DNA of 64,000 nucleotides from Neovahlkampfia damariscottae (Eukaryota): NCBI GenBank assembly GCA_016618085.1, contig JABLTG010000041.1, positions 1 to 64,000 of the forward strand, read 5' to 3'. Shown piece by piece: positions 37,575 to 50,530 of this stretch (position 1 is its first letter; each line of letters starts with the position of its first letter). The notes under the pieces were generated by a model. It saw only the letters and a program-made list of their open reading frames with translations, ran no database searches and was not told where the DNA came from. The position numbers and the translations under genes were made by a program.

Positions 37575-38435
37575 TTAAAAGTTCAAAATTTTTACAATCG
37601 GTTCAACAAATAAAGGAATTGTCAAAAAAAATACGGTATAAACATAAAATCTTCCATGTAAATTTAATTTCTTTTCAAATTGAATAATGATTAAATGAAC
37701 AACAAAAAATCCCATCATCATTAAAGAATTCAAAAATGCATCATAATCATGGTTTGAAATTAAAAATATAGGATAAACATGATATAAACCAGAAAATAAA
37801 AAAGTCAAAGCGAGTCCAAGATCCTTTTGATTTCGTTTTGCAAGTGGTTTATAAATCACTGTTGCTAAACTGTTTCTGATAATTGAGTTCCATCTATTTG
37901 ACCAAAACTCGCTTATAGATATTGACAAAAGAGGTGAATTCATTATTGATTTTGTTTCAATACCAAAAAGCATTGGAATACTTCTGAAAATAGCATCTGT
38001 GATATACATACCTGAAAGAAATAAACCAAAAATATTTAACCAATGTATCATTCGAAATGGTTTTGATAATTCTAATGAATTTAATAAAATCAACTGAATT
38101 GGAATCCAAATTAAAAATTGTGAAAATATTTTTATGGCAATCTTGTTTCTACTTTCTTTTTTGTAATTTTTGAAATTGATAAACAAACTTATGTGAGCTA
38201 ATCTGTACCACCATGGTATTTCTTCATTTTTTTCCATTAATTCTATGTTTCTTAAAATTAAAAAAATTGAACTCATTCCAAAAACAAATTTGAAAAAAAT
38301 GTCTTGAATAAACCAAGGATAAATTAAACCGATTAGTGACAAAAACATAGCACTTTTCCAATAAGTTCTGGAAATTAAAGAAGCTGTGAAATACGTGAAG
38401 TACAAAGTCAGTACTAAAGCACCATCTGAAATCAT
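37575..38435 (-). CDS. MBOAT family (wax synthase-like) acyltransferase
   Basis: MNSPLLSISISEFWSNRWN, TFLFSGLYH (catalytic His); multi-TM. Confidence 0.8.
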   Translation of the reverse strand: MISDGALVLTLYFTYFTASLISRTYWKSAMFLSLIGLIYPWFIQDIFFKFVFGMSSIFLILRNIELMEKNEEIPWWYRLAHISLFINFKNYKKESRNKIAIKIFSQFLIWIPIQLILLNSLELSKPFRMIHWLNIFGLFLSGMYITDAIFRSIPMLFGIETKSIMNSPLLSISISEFWSNRWNSIIRNSLATVIYKPLAKRNQKDLGLALTFLFSGLYHVYPIFLISNHDYDAFLNSLMMMGFFVVHLIIIQFEKKLNLHGRFYVYTVFFLTIPLFVEPIVKILNF

Positions 38436-38720
38436 TTTGATTTTAGCCAATCAAATTCTAATTTTTCAACCAACCATTTTTTAATTTGAAATAAATAAAT
38501 CATCATTAAATTCATCTTCATATTTTGAATCTTTGGTGATAATAAAAGAACTATTCTTACATATTCCTTTCCATACTCAAAGAAGAACAAAACTTCCTTC
38601 TCCTCAACTGCCGATTGAAAAATATCCAGTTATTTGGTGTTCAAATGAAATAAATTGGAGATTCAATAAAATATCAGTGAAAAAATGCACTATTGTGGTG
38701 ATCAATAATTTCTTTATTGG

Positions 38721-39689
38721 TCAATATTGACAACATTTGAAATGTTCAAGATTGTGCAAACCATGTTCCCCAAATGTAAAAATCTTCAAGAAATCCCAAC
38801 GGTTTGGACTACTTCTGTAGAATCCAGATATAGCATAACCTGATTTGCAACTTGCCCAACCTGGTGAACTAAATGTGCGCTTTGTATTCAAATCATAACA
38901 TTTCCTCTTGGGATACCTCTAACTGCAAAAGCTCCTACACAACCAAGTAACGAATCATTTTGCTTGAGAATTGATTGAACAATATATCCTCAACGGACTA
39001 AACTCCATCCTGCGAAATCAAGTGAGCGCTGCCAGTTTGATACTTTAGTTTTTGGCTGATAAATATTTGATTTACAGCATTTAAGTATTATTATACCAAT
39101 TAATGTAGGTAAAACGTGTTGATCTCATATCATGAATGTAACAGATTTCTTTTCCTTTTTGATAGATATCTGATATACCAATTGTTGGAGCTCTTGATGA
39201 TTTTGAAAAAGCTAATGAATTCACTCTGAAATTATTGTACAGCCCGTATTCAAGAAATATTTTTCACTATTCTCCTTTCCAATTTGAATTCTTCCTGAAG
39301 GAGTGAATCTTAGCCAAAAACATTTGGTATGTTTTACTGTAGAATTTATGATGAACCTAAAATTGGCACCAAAGTTTACTCTTTTTTTCTGGTTGATTCT
39401 TCCTCTTCCAAACCAAATTCCAGATTGGTTGTATTCGTTCAAAGCGATAAAATAACTTTTTGCTTTAGGTTTTGGATTTTGACAGAATATTAAATCAAGA
39501 CTATGTCCTTCTGTAACAGTAAAATGTAATGTTCTAGATTCGTCAAATTTAAACCAAGTTGGCATTCTGGAATTATGTTTGAGAATAACATCATCTTTCA
39601 AGTGGTGACGATAGAAAGTTGGGTACGCAATTCTTGAGCTAGAAAAAGTGACTATAAGCGAGGACTAAAAAGAAGCAACGACTTCTCAT
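38721..39689 (-). pseudogene. Decayed secreted protein gene: FAMeT-like domain plus biomphalysin-type Cys-rich repeats
   Basis: Signal peptide broken by a frameshift; FWLRF...IQIG; repeats SNWQRSLDFAGWS and CYDLNTKRTFSSPGWASCKSGYAISGFYRS...LEHFKCC; in-frame TGA at 38990-38992. Confidence 0.55.
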
Positions 39690-40113
39690 TTTGTTTATAA
39701 AATACACCAATCAAAAAGTCATTAGACAATTTACTTTTGAATAAGATATTGAAATTTTGCAACAATTTTCTGAAGCTTCATGGATGAAGCTATTTTTTAA
39801 CACCACTTTTCCTATTCGTCAGTTCTGGATACTTAGTGAAGATGAACTTCAGACAACTTGATTCATCATCTTTTGACAACAAAACTCAACTAATTTCCTG
39901 GATTGATTATCAATATAGCCTAATTTTTGGAAACAAAATCAGGGTGAAGTTCACTTCAAGTGTTTGAATCTTGAAATTCCGATATTTTTTGGAAATATAG
40001 TACAATTTCAACTTTTTGGACAGACAAATTTTTTTTCAACAGTAGAAAACATTTTTTTTTCAAACCACCAAATTGGGAAATTCAAGAAAACTCAAAAGTA
40101 GCAATTACAAAAT

Positions 40114-40762
40114 TTATTCTTTGAATGCTTTGAAATAATATCCCCAACCAGAATACATACACTCATTTAAAGGTACTCTAGAATCAGTCAAAATTTCACC
40201 TTTACAATCTAATTCTTTGAAAGTTTGAGCAATCACTTGTTTGGTTTGAACATCATAGAATGAAGTTTCAGATTTTCCGCTATGTTTTGTAATTTTTGGG
40301 AAAGGTGTTTGAATTGTACCAAAATTAGAACAGTACTTATCAGTGACAAAATTAGTTTTTCCATCGTCTTTCAAACAATTTGAATCTGAATAAACTCTTG
40401 AAAAGAAACCTTTTTCTTTAATTTTGGGAATAGGACCAGTACTGTATGAACTACTTAAACTTCGATTGCATTGATATTTTGATTGACTTGTGTAATGACA
40501 ACTTTCACAAGTCATATCGGAGCAATAACTTCTGACTGTAAAATGAGTGTTGTTTAACGGTAAATATTCAGCGATACTACGATTCATTATGCATCTATTG
40601 AATGGGTACTATTTTTTAATGCAAATAAATTACAATGACACCATAATGAGGTTTTGAGTAATTACATTCTCTTTCAGTGAATCTACTGAATATCACAAAA
40701 TTCTTAGATCTTATAATCATGATAAATGATAAAAGTAAGAGTGTTTGTAGTGCACGATTCAT
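40114..40762 (-). CDS. Secreted Cys-rich protein
   Basis: Signal-peptide exon from ATG 40762, one intron, repeated Y.D..C motifs. Confidence 0.6.
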
Positions 40763-41071
40763 AGTTAACAAGTTCAAGTAGAGAAAATAATTTTATTGGA
40801 TAACATTTTTTTCATTTTATAAAGTTCTTGAACTAGGTAAATTTGTAAAAGTTGTGAATTTTTATAATAAAAACTGAGACTTTGGTAAAGGAAGAGCATA
40901 ATCTCGTTGTACTTGAATGAATCACTCTTAACAAATCGACATCTTTCAAATAAAGAATTTGGTTCCAATCAAGTTTGAATTGGAACCTCATTCATTGGTC
41001 AACAAATACACCAGATTAGGAGAAAAGTGAAGACATTTTGTATTCAACCGAAAAAACAATTCTTGAGGAAG

Positions 41072-43098
41072 ATGTCTAGTATCATCAAATTCAAATCACA
41101 ACCGTTGACAAACTTAAAAGAAAAAGTACCTTCTGATATCCAAATCTCTCAATCTATCAAATTACAAGAAATGTCAGAGTTTGGACTTTCTTTAGGTTTA
41201 AAAAGAGAAGAAATATTACTTTACGGAGAATCTGCAAAAATAAAATTGTCATGTCTTGACAGATTGAACTCTAAAAAAGATGGAAAATACATAGTTGTCA
41301 CAGCTATTTCACCAACAAGTTTAGGAGAAGGAAAAACAACCTCTACAGTTGGAATTTCTCAAGCTTTAGGAGCTCATTTGAATAAAAACGTATTCACTTG
41401 TATTAGACAACCATCTCAAGGACCAACTTTTGGTATCAAAGGTGGAGCTGCTGGAGGTTCGAATATTTCATTTTTAACAAGCAATTCTAGGTGGTTATTC
41501 ACAAGTTCTCCCAATGGAACTATTCAATCTTCACTTAACAGGTGATTTACATGCTATTTCAGCAGCTAATAACTTAATTGCTGCTGCTATTGATACACGT
41601 TGGTTTCATGAAAGCACTATTAAAGATGATGAAAAACTTTTTAATCTTTTATGTCCAACCATCAATGGAAAAAAGACCTTTTTGAAAAATATGTTTCCAA
41701 GATTAAAAAAATTAGGAATTACCACACAAAACCCTGAAGATTTGACAAATGAAGAAAAAAAGAAATTTTCAAGATTAGATATTGACCCAGAAACTATTTC
41801 ATGGAATCGAGTTGTTGATTGTAATGATAGAATGTTAAGAGGAATTGAAATTGGAAAAGGAGAAGAAGAAAAAAATAGAACAAGATTGACAAAATATGAT
41901 ATCACTGTTGCTTCTGAAATTATGGCTATTTTGGCTTTGGCGACTGACGTTTCAAAAAAAAATTTTAACTTTTTGTTTAGTTGAAAGACATGAGAGAGAA
42001 AATTGGAAAATGTGTTCTTGCATATAGTACTGCTGGTGAACCAATTACTTGTGATGACCTTGGTGTGGCAGGTGCAGCTACTGTTCTCATGAAAGACGCA
42101 ATTATGCCAAATTTAATGCAAACTGTTGAAGGAACTCCTGCATTCGTACAGTAAATTATTTTAACTTTAATAATTTATTTTAGTGCTGGTCCTTTTGCTA
42201 ACATTGCACATGGAAATAGTTCTATCATCGCCGACAAAATTGCTTTGAAACTTGTAGGTGAAGATGGTTATGTTTTAACAGAAGCTGGATTTGGAGCTGA
42301 TATTGGAATGGAAAAATTCTTCAATATAAAATGTAGATATAGTGGAAAGAAACCTGATTGCGTCGCTCTTGTTGCAACTGTTCGTGCTTTGAAATTCCAT
42401 GGTGGTGTTGAATTACATGATGTCACAAAAGAAAATTTAGAAGCATTGGAAAAAGGAAGCTCTAACATGACAAAACACATTGAAAATGCAAAATTATTTG
42501 GTGTTCCTGTTGTTGTTGTTGTCAATAGTTTCGTCACAGACACAAAAGAAGAATTAGAACTTTTAGAGAAAATTGCTAAAAAATCAGGTGCTTTTGACGT
42601 TGTTGAATCACATCATTGGCAATTTGGTGTAAGAAATAAATAAATTTAACTCAAATTTTTCAGGGTAAAGGAGCCATTGAAGCTGGAAAATCAATCATCA
42701 AAGCATGTGAACAAGAATCAAAATTTGAATTCAGTTATCCACTTTCTTCATCAATCAAAGAAAAAATTGAAACTTTATGTATTAAATTATATGGTGCAAA
42801 AGATGTATCATATTCAAAAGTAGCTGAGAAAAATATTGAATTGATTCATAAAAATGGATTTGATAAATTTCCAGTTTGCATGGCAAAAACTCAATATTCC
42901 TTGAGTCATGATCCAAATTTAAAAGGTGCTCCAAAAGGATTTACTGTTCCTATCGAAGATGTCAAGGCTTCTGTTGGATGTGGATTTGTTATTGTTTATC
43001 TTGGAACAATCAAAACAATGCCTGGTCTTCCAGTTAGACCTGCATATTATCAAATTGACATCAACACTGAAGATGGAACAATTGAAGGTTTATTTTAA
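41072..43098 (+). CDS. FTHFS: Formate--tetrahydrofolate ligase (stand-alone FTHFS)
   Basis: [64 protein letters not shown]; 4 introns. Confidence 0.95.
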
Positions 43099-43107
43099 TA
43101 CAATATA

Positions 43108-45810
43108 TTATTTGGTTATTATTTCTGGATTTGATTGTATTTGATCTTCAAATTTTATCAAGATTCTTTTCAAATCCGACAAATAAACCGGTTTTAAAAT
43201 GTAATCATCTATTTTGGAATCATAAAGTATTTTCATATTCAAAGATCTTCCAGAAACTAATACAAATGGAACATTTTTGTTCTTTCTTTTTATGATAACT
43301 GCTGCTTCTGCTCCACTAATACCACCCATTTCCAGATCAGAAAAGATAATTGAATGATTGGTAAATTTTTCAACTAATTCTTCTCCTGAATCAACTAAAG
43401 TAATCTTACAAGCACCAAATTTTTTGACCAATCGATTCATCATCATTCTATTCACTTTATTATCATCTGCGATGATAACGTGTTTAGAATCCAATATATG
43501 AGATAGATCTCGATCCATATTCCATTTTTGCATCATTAATTTGATATTTTGTTTTGAAACAACCAGTAAATCATCAAATCCTCTTCTAAAAACAGATATT
43601 CTTTGAGAATGAAATTCCAATTCATTTTTGACAACTAGTATAATTTTCGAGTTTCTATTTGTTTTGATGTTATTGAATAGAATTGAATCCATATCTTTTG
43701 TTCTATCAAAAAAGATAAATTGATAAGCTTTCAAATCAGGCACATCTTCAAAATCCAAACAAATTTCGACATCTCCAAATTCTTTGATTACTGAAATACT
43801 ATTTATCATTTTTCCTTGACTTAAATACAAAATCTTTAATTTTGGTTGTTTAATCGATTTTGGATCTTCTATCTTTGAAAATCTCTTCTTTAGATCTAAA
43901 TACATTGAATATGGTTTTACAGGTGTCGTGAATCGAGTAAATGTATCCAATTCGGGTTCTAAGAATTCATTAATTTTCAGTAACATTAAAGTATTTTTGA
44001 CATTCAATCTTTTTGATATCTCTTTGTATTGTGCGATGCTGTGATCACACAATACTAAATCATAATCATTGAAATCAATATTTGACAATGAATGAATGCC
44101 TAATGATACAACATCTGAACAAAAGAGTTTAAAAACTTTGATCAATTGTGATATTTTGGCATCAAGATGAAAATCAATAATCAACACTTTTTTATCAACT
44201 TTTTCGACTGTATTTTCTTCAATTTTGATTGGATTTTTCAATGGGACTATGAATGAAAATTCTGTTCCATAACCTACCTCTGATTTAACTGAGACTTTCC
44301 CATCCATTCTTTCAATCAATTTTTTTGAAATAGTTAATCCAATGCCAGTTCCTTCCTTGGCATCTGAATCACTTACTTGAACAAATGGTTGGAACAAAGT
44401 TCTTATTTTTTTTTCTGGAATTCCTTTTCCTGAATCAATCACTTTGAATTCAAGTTCAGTTTCTTTCACATTCAAATGAATTTCAATTTTCCCCTTTTCT
44501 GTGAATTTTCTGGCATTCATTACAAAATTGGATAAAATCTGTCGAATTCTTTTGTAGTCGATATCAAAAACCAGATTCTTTTGATTAATCAAGAATAAAG
44601 GATAGTGAACATAGAGCTTTAAATCTTTTTTGTATATCAAAGATGAAAATGAATCTACTAAGAGATCTAATTCATTGAATAATTCTGCTGGTGTCATTGG
44701 TGACAATTCAATTGGAAATTCTTCTCCTGATTGCAATCTTGAAAATTCTAAAATGTCATTCAATAATGACAATAGTACTTTTGATGAATTTTCAGCAATT
44801 CTCAAGAGTTTTTCAATTTCTGAAGAATTGTTCTTAAATTTTAGTAATTCAATTACTCCTGTTATACCATACAGTGCAACTCTTAACTCATGAAAGACGT
44901 TAATCAATCCGGTTGATATTTTTGATAACTTTGTGATGTCAGTTTCAATAATCAACATTGATTTTTCACCTGTGTTCGCATTTCTGATGATAATTACCTC
45001 AACTGCATATCTTACAGTTTCTCCATTTTGGACCGTAGAAACATCTTTAGTAAATATTTTTTCTCCAAATCTTTTTGTTTCTTTCATTGTTTTCATGAGG
45101 TATTCCATCTCTTGATCAGTAAACCCATGTTGTTGGATTGGATTTTTATATTTGGTTTGAAATTTTCTGAATCTTGTCCTTGCAACGTTATTTCGCATCA
45201 AAATATTTCCATTTTCATCATAAACAGAATTTCCTTGAGTTCCATAAGTTTTACAACAATTCAAAAAAATTGAATCTTCTGGGGATAAATTCAAGTCTGT
45301 TCTGGTATAAAATGATAATATAGCAGGCGATGTTGTTGATTTCATTTTGATTGGTACTGAAATCAAGTTCAAAAATTCAGGTTTTCCATTTGGATATTGA
45401 AATAATGTTTCAGTGTTGATTTTTTGAAAATTATGATAGCATTCGAACATCATATTCTGAAGGCATTCCAAAAGTTGATCAGAGATTTCAGAAAAATCTG
45501 TTTGAAGAAATTCTTCAAGTGTTTGTTTTTGAAATGATTTGAGTACTTCTTTGTTTGCCCATTTTGGAATCCATCTCTTCTTGTCTTCTGATAGAACCCA
45601 AACAAAAGCACTACATTTTATATCACCATAGTTTTCTAAATCACTTTCAGATAAGTCATCTGGTACTTGAGGCACATCATAAAATTGTTGATGCTGTTCA
45701 AAGAAATTTCTGAAGTTTCTCTCTTTGTATGGTAGATTGTCTTTACATGTTTGTAGTATGTATATCAAATAACCGAGAATAATTTCAATCACGTTTACTA
45801 CTCTATGCAT
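43108..45810 (-). CDS. Hybrid sensor histidine kinase, intronless
   Basis: H-box FHELR, N-box QILSNFVMNARKFT, DSGKGI, GTGIGL, receiver IADDN...SDLEM...KP. Confidence 0.9.
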   Translation of the reverse strand: MHRVVNVIEIILGYLIYILQTCKDNLPYKERNFRNFFEQHQQFYDVPQVPDDLSESDLENYGDIKCSAFVWVLSEDKKRWIPKWANKEVLKSFQKQTLEEFLQTDFSEISDQLLECLQNMMFECYHNFQKINTETLFQYPNGKPEFLNLISVPIKMKSTTSPAILSFYTRTDLNLSPEDSIFLNCCKTYGTQGNSVYDENGNILMRNNVARTRFRKFQTKYKNPIQQHGFTDQEMEYLMKTMKETKRFGEKIFTKDVSTVQNGETVRYAVEVIIIRNANTGEKSMLIIETDITKLSKISTGLINVFHELRVALYGITGVIELLKFKNNSSEIEKLLRIAENSSKVLLSLLNDILEFSRLQSGEEFPIELSPMTPAELFNELDLLVDSFSSLIYKKDLKLYVHYPLFLINQKNLVFDIDYKRIRQILSNFVMNARKFTEKGKIEIHLNVKETELEFKVIDSGKGIPEKKIRTLFQPFVQVSDSDAKEGTGIGLTISKKLIERMDGKVSVKSEVGYGTEFSFIVPLKNPIKIEENTVEKVDKKVLIIDFHLDAKISQLIKVFKLFCSDVVSLGIHSLSNIDFNDYDLVLCDHSIAQYKEISKRLNVKNTLMLLKINEFLEPELDTFTRFTTPVKPYSMYLDLKKRFSKIEDPKSIKQPKLKILYLSQGKMINSISVIKEFGDVEICLDFEDVPDLKAYQFIFFDRTKDMDSILFNNIKTNRNSKIILVVKNELEFHSQRISVFRRGFDDLLVVSKQNIKLMMQKWNMDRDLSHILDSKHVIIADDNKVNRMMMNRLVKKFGACKITLVDSGEELVEKFTNHSIIFSDLEMGGISGAEAAVIIKRKNKNVPFVLVSGRSLNMKILYDSKIDDYILKPVYLSDLKRILIKFEDQIQSNPEIITK

Positions 45811-45986
45811 ATTTGAGTCTGATCAAACTTCGACATGATTGGCTGGTATTCTGCCAATAAAAGATGATCAGTTATTATCTCCCAAAATAGAATTTTTGTT
45901 TTCATCCCACTGAAAGATTGCAAACAAAGAATGGTTTTGTATTTTTTCATTATTTCTCTGCTTTGATGTTTTTGTCATCTTCAAAC

Positions 45987-48268
45987 TTAATCTGATGGCA
46001 AGTGATTGGAATCATTTGATTTTCTGCAGGAAAGAATTTCCGTTGCTCCAATAGAAACAACAAAAAATAACATCAAAATGAATCCTAAAATAGGGATTGA
46101 TAACCAAATTGTTTGTACGCTTCCAAATACTGCAAAAATATCTTTGTTCTGAGTAATTCCAATTGGAATAGCAATTAAAACTCCCATGAGTGATTCTCCA
46201 GAAATCAAACCAGCAATGAATAATAAAGCACGTTGTTCCACTAATTTTTTTTTGTTTTCATCTTTGATTAAAAAATCCCTAATTTTTGAAGAAAGATATC
46301 CCAAGAATCCACCAACTAAAATAGGTGTTGAAAGTGAAAAAGGAAGATACAATCCAGTTGCCATTGCCAATATTGGTATTTCAATATTCAATTCTAAAAA
46401 TTGAAAAACAAATGAAACTAAAATTAAAAAGCAAGCAAACACAACCCCAATAATAATAAAATTCCATGGCAACTTGCTTTCGAAAACTCCTTTTGCTACT
46501 TCAAACATCAATCGTGCTTGTGGTGCTGGTAAAGGATTTGGATTTTCACTTGAAGGAGCACCAATTCCATACGCTGTATTCAAAAGCATGATTATAGGTC
46601 CAATAACAAATGAAGGTATAATAATTCCCAAAATCTGTGATATTTGTTGTTTATAAGGTGTTGAACCAACCAAAAAGCCTGATTTCAAATCTTGCATATT
46701 GTCACTTGAAAGTGCAGAAGCTACTGTGATAACTGAACAAATAAATAAAGCACCTGCTGCACCAAAACTGAATTCTTTTCCAAAAATCAGAAGTAATAAT
46801 ATTGAGGAAGTCAAAACGGTTGCTAATGATATTCCTGAAATGGGATTATTTGATGAACCAACAACACCAGCCATATAAGCAGCAGCAGAAGAAAACATAA
46901 ATCCGATAGTTATTACAATAATTGTAGCTAAAATTGCGTACAAAAATGAATATGAAGATAAAGTGAAAAATAGCAGAAACAAAGGAATTATCAACAAACT
47001 AACTCCAACAATGATAAATAATGTTGGAATATCTTTTTCTGTTCTATTTTTCCTACTGAACCATTGTCGTATGTTTAACGATGATTTCAATCCGATTCTA
47101 AGTCCTTGGAATAAACTGCTTCTAATTTCAAAAATAGCATACAAAGCCCCAATGGTCATTGTTCCAACTTTGAATGAATAGTAAATAAATTAATGAGTAC
47201 CTCCAACATATCTAATATAGTTCTCAAAAATATATATTGTTGCTTTGATGGCATCAGATTCTCGTATTTTTGTTTGATTGACCACTGAGAATACAGGAAC
47301 TCCAAACCAAAATCCAAATGCTCCTCCAAGAAATACAATAAATGATATTCTTAAATTTATAATATACCCAACTGAGAATTTTTAATTCGATGAAATAAAG
47401 TTACTTCCAAATAAAGCTGGAGAGGTCAACATGCTAAAGTAAAATATGACAGGACCAATATAACTCCCAATTTCAATTTCATATGACCATAATTTCAATC
47501 CAGTTTCACAAAACTTATAAAAGAATCCAATAAGAGCTCCAAAAACAATGTACAAAAATGAATACCCACTACCTTTTTCACCTGCTTTCAAAACTTCAGA
47601 TGTTGCCCTTCCTTCTGGAAAATCCAATTCTCTTTCAATAATTAAAGCTCTTCTCAATGGAATACTAAAAAACACCTTCACAAAATTCAGAAAAGTTGAT
47701 TTTTCAAACTCCCAACAACCCTCCAATACTTTCAAAAAAGTTCATTAAAAATAGGTAATTATTAATACCATGCAATAGAACTGATAGCTAAATAATTCAA
47801 AAATGACATGGATTTCCAATATTTCATGATAAAAAAAGCAGGAATGACTACTATAATTCCTCCTGAAACTACTGATCCAGCAGATGCTCCTGTCTGTACA
47901 ATATTATTTTCAAGGATATTATTCTTTCCAAAAATCTTTTGAATTCCTTTTTTTTTTAATTGATGATAGTGTTACCCTTTTTATTTTTGTGTTAATTTTG
48001 TTTTTGTTACCATTGATAAAATGGCTGACGGAATTGAAACAGAGATTGGAAATCCTGAAAATAATGCCAAGTAAGTATTTGCAGCTGATAAAATGACACC
48101 TTAAAAATTGAATGAGAAATAAAGCAACAAACCAATTAAAATGATCAAAATAACACCAAATATTGTGAACTCTGATTCTGCTAACCTTTCAATGGGATCT
48201 ATTTCTTCCTTTTCTTCTTCTGAAATCAAACAAGTTGTTTCTTCAACCTCTTCTTCTGCATCAGACAT
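45987..48268 (-). CDS. OPT family oligopeptide transporter, multi-exon
   Basis: ENNIVQT, IPLRR..FPEG, GSSNNPISG, DNMQDLKSG, LPAPQA, GLISGES. Confidence 0.9.
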
Positions 48269-48423
48269 TGGCTTTGATAATTGATGCTTATTGGATGAGA
48301 CACTTTTTAGAAAGTATAAAAGTTTCACTCATTTTCTACGTTTTTTCTCATTTTCAAAAAAAAATTCAATCATTTCTCTTTGTCCAATCAAATATCCGAA
48401 AAAAAAAACGGAAAAGGTAGAAA

Positions 48424-50521
48424 ATGAGTCAAAGAAGTAGTTCATCAACTTCAACTCCTCAGACCATGACACAAATAAAAAATATGTTTTTGAATGTTGA
48501 TATACCTTTGCTCTTTCAATCTATGAAATGTGACGTTGACGTTGCTCCAACTTACGAAGCTTCAAAGCACAGATTAAAATACGCTGCAGTTTATGAAGTT
48601 CCAGAAATTGAAAAAGCTTTCCACAAATTTTTGGACTCAGAATTTAATACGTAACAAAAATAAAAAATTAAATCTTCAAAGTATGCCTCTTGACTTTATC
48701 AGAGATTACAACAAATTTGAAGAAAAAAAAACAAATGCTCAAAAAGCCAAACATTTAGATTACATTCTAAAAACCTATATAAACGTTGGAACAGATAAAG
48801 AATTAAACTTAAGTGGGAAAGACAGAAAAGCATTTCTAGAAAAAGTTGAGTCATGTGGACAATTGAATAACACTGAAGATTGGGTTTCTGAATTAGTACC
48901 AAAAGATTTATTATTTCCAATTTATGAAAGAGCAAGAGCAGATTTAAAAGATGATTCTTTTGGACGATTCATCATTTCTGATATTTGGAAAAATCTCATA
49001 CCAAAGTATATTAAAAATCCAGATGTAATGGAGAGATTGAAAATATTTGACGCTGAACAAAAGAATCAAAGATTTCAATTTGAAAAACCAAATATGGATA
49101 AACTTGCAACTGTAAAAAGACAATCAATGGCTCTATCTGAAAATTCCGAGCAATTACTTAGAAAATTATCTTTAAATGATTTTGGTCTTGTTAAGAAATT
49201 ATCTGATGAAGAAGAACAATTTCTTAAAATGGACAAAAAATTAGGTGGTCAATATTTGACACAAGGAATTCAACACTTTAAAAAAAGAGAAAATCAACAA
49301 GCTTATGAATGTTATACATTCGCTATTGAGTTAGATTCAACTTTAAGAGAAGCATATTTCAATCGTGGTGTGTTAAATTATAACACAAGAAATTTAGTTG
49401 AAGCAATTGAAGATATGATGAAAGTTGTTGAAATGAAGCCAGATCATGCAAGAGCATTATCCGTTCGTGCTATGAGTTTCAAAGAATTAGGTCATTATAA
49501 AGCTGCTTTAAGAGATTTCTTCGAAGCAGAAAGATATGAAATCATACCAAAGAATTTATTACTTACAGCAATTTGTTTTGATCAATTAGATATTGATAAA
49601 AAAGCAAATGAATACTATGAAAGATATTTAGAGTATGATCAAAATTCAAGAGATGCTATTATGGCATTACATAATAAAGCTCAAAATTACTTTTTGAAAA
49701 ATAACTTTAATCAAGCAATTTATGATTTAACTTATGCATTAAATCTATGTGAAGAGGATGAAGATGAAAATGAATCTCTCATAAAAGAGATTAAATTCAT
49801 CAGATCCAAATGTTATAAAGCAATAGGAGATGAAGAAAAAGCACAATTAGATTATGAACAATCAACTATTGTCTCTGCAGACATTGTTTATGATGAAGCC
49901 ATTAAAAAATTCACTGAAAAAGATTATTTAGAAGCCTATAAATTATTTACTAAAGTTTTAAAAGTTGAAACCAAAAATGAAGAAGTCTATTATTCAAGAG
50001 GTTTGTGTGCAAAGTATTTAGGTGATATGCAACGTGCTGCTGATGATTTCAAAAAAACAATTGAATTAAATCCAAAATTTCCAAAATCTTACATTCATTT
50101 AGCAAAATACTATGCAAAAGAAAATGATGTGGAAAATGCTAAAAAGCATTTCAAATTGTGCGTTGAATACGCCCCAACTGCTGACAATTACTTTTCAATG
50201 GGATTGTTTCATAATTCTATTGAAGATATTTCAAAAGCTGTTAATGATTTTACTTTATGTCTTGGTGTTGATCCAACCTATGCTGATGCTTATTATAACA
50301 GAGGACTAATAAAATTGAGATGGAAAAATTTTGAAGGTGGACTAAAAGACTTAAATTCTGCATTGGAATATGACAATGATCCAGATATTTATGTAGATAG
50401 AGCATTGTGTTATTACTATTTGGATGATACTCCAAAAGCAATAATGGAACTAAAAACTGTACTAAAAATGAATCACAATCATGAAAGAGCAAAAGGATTG
50501 CTGGAAAAACTCACTAATTAA
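48424..50521 (+). CDS. RGS domain plus TPR repeat protein
   Basis: AFHKFLDSEFN|..PLDF..YI...ELNLS...DDSFGRF (RGS), then multiple AYFNRG/AYYNRG TPRs. Confidence 0.8.
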
Positions 50522-50530
50522 ATTCTTTAT

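Noticed and set aside
38990..38992. In-frame TGA as selenocysteine or stop-codon reassignment
   Set aside because: Accompanied by frameshifts, no SECIS evident, and conserved genes in the window read normally with the standard code.
39700..40110. Longer intergenic region with short palindromes (e.g. TGAAGCTTCA)
   Set aside because: No extended stem, tRNA/snoRNA boxes or terminal inverted repeats that I can support.
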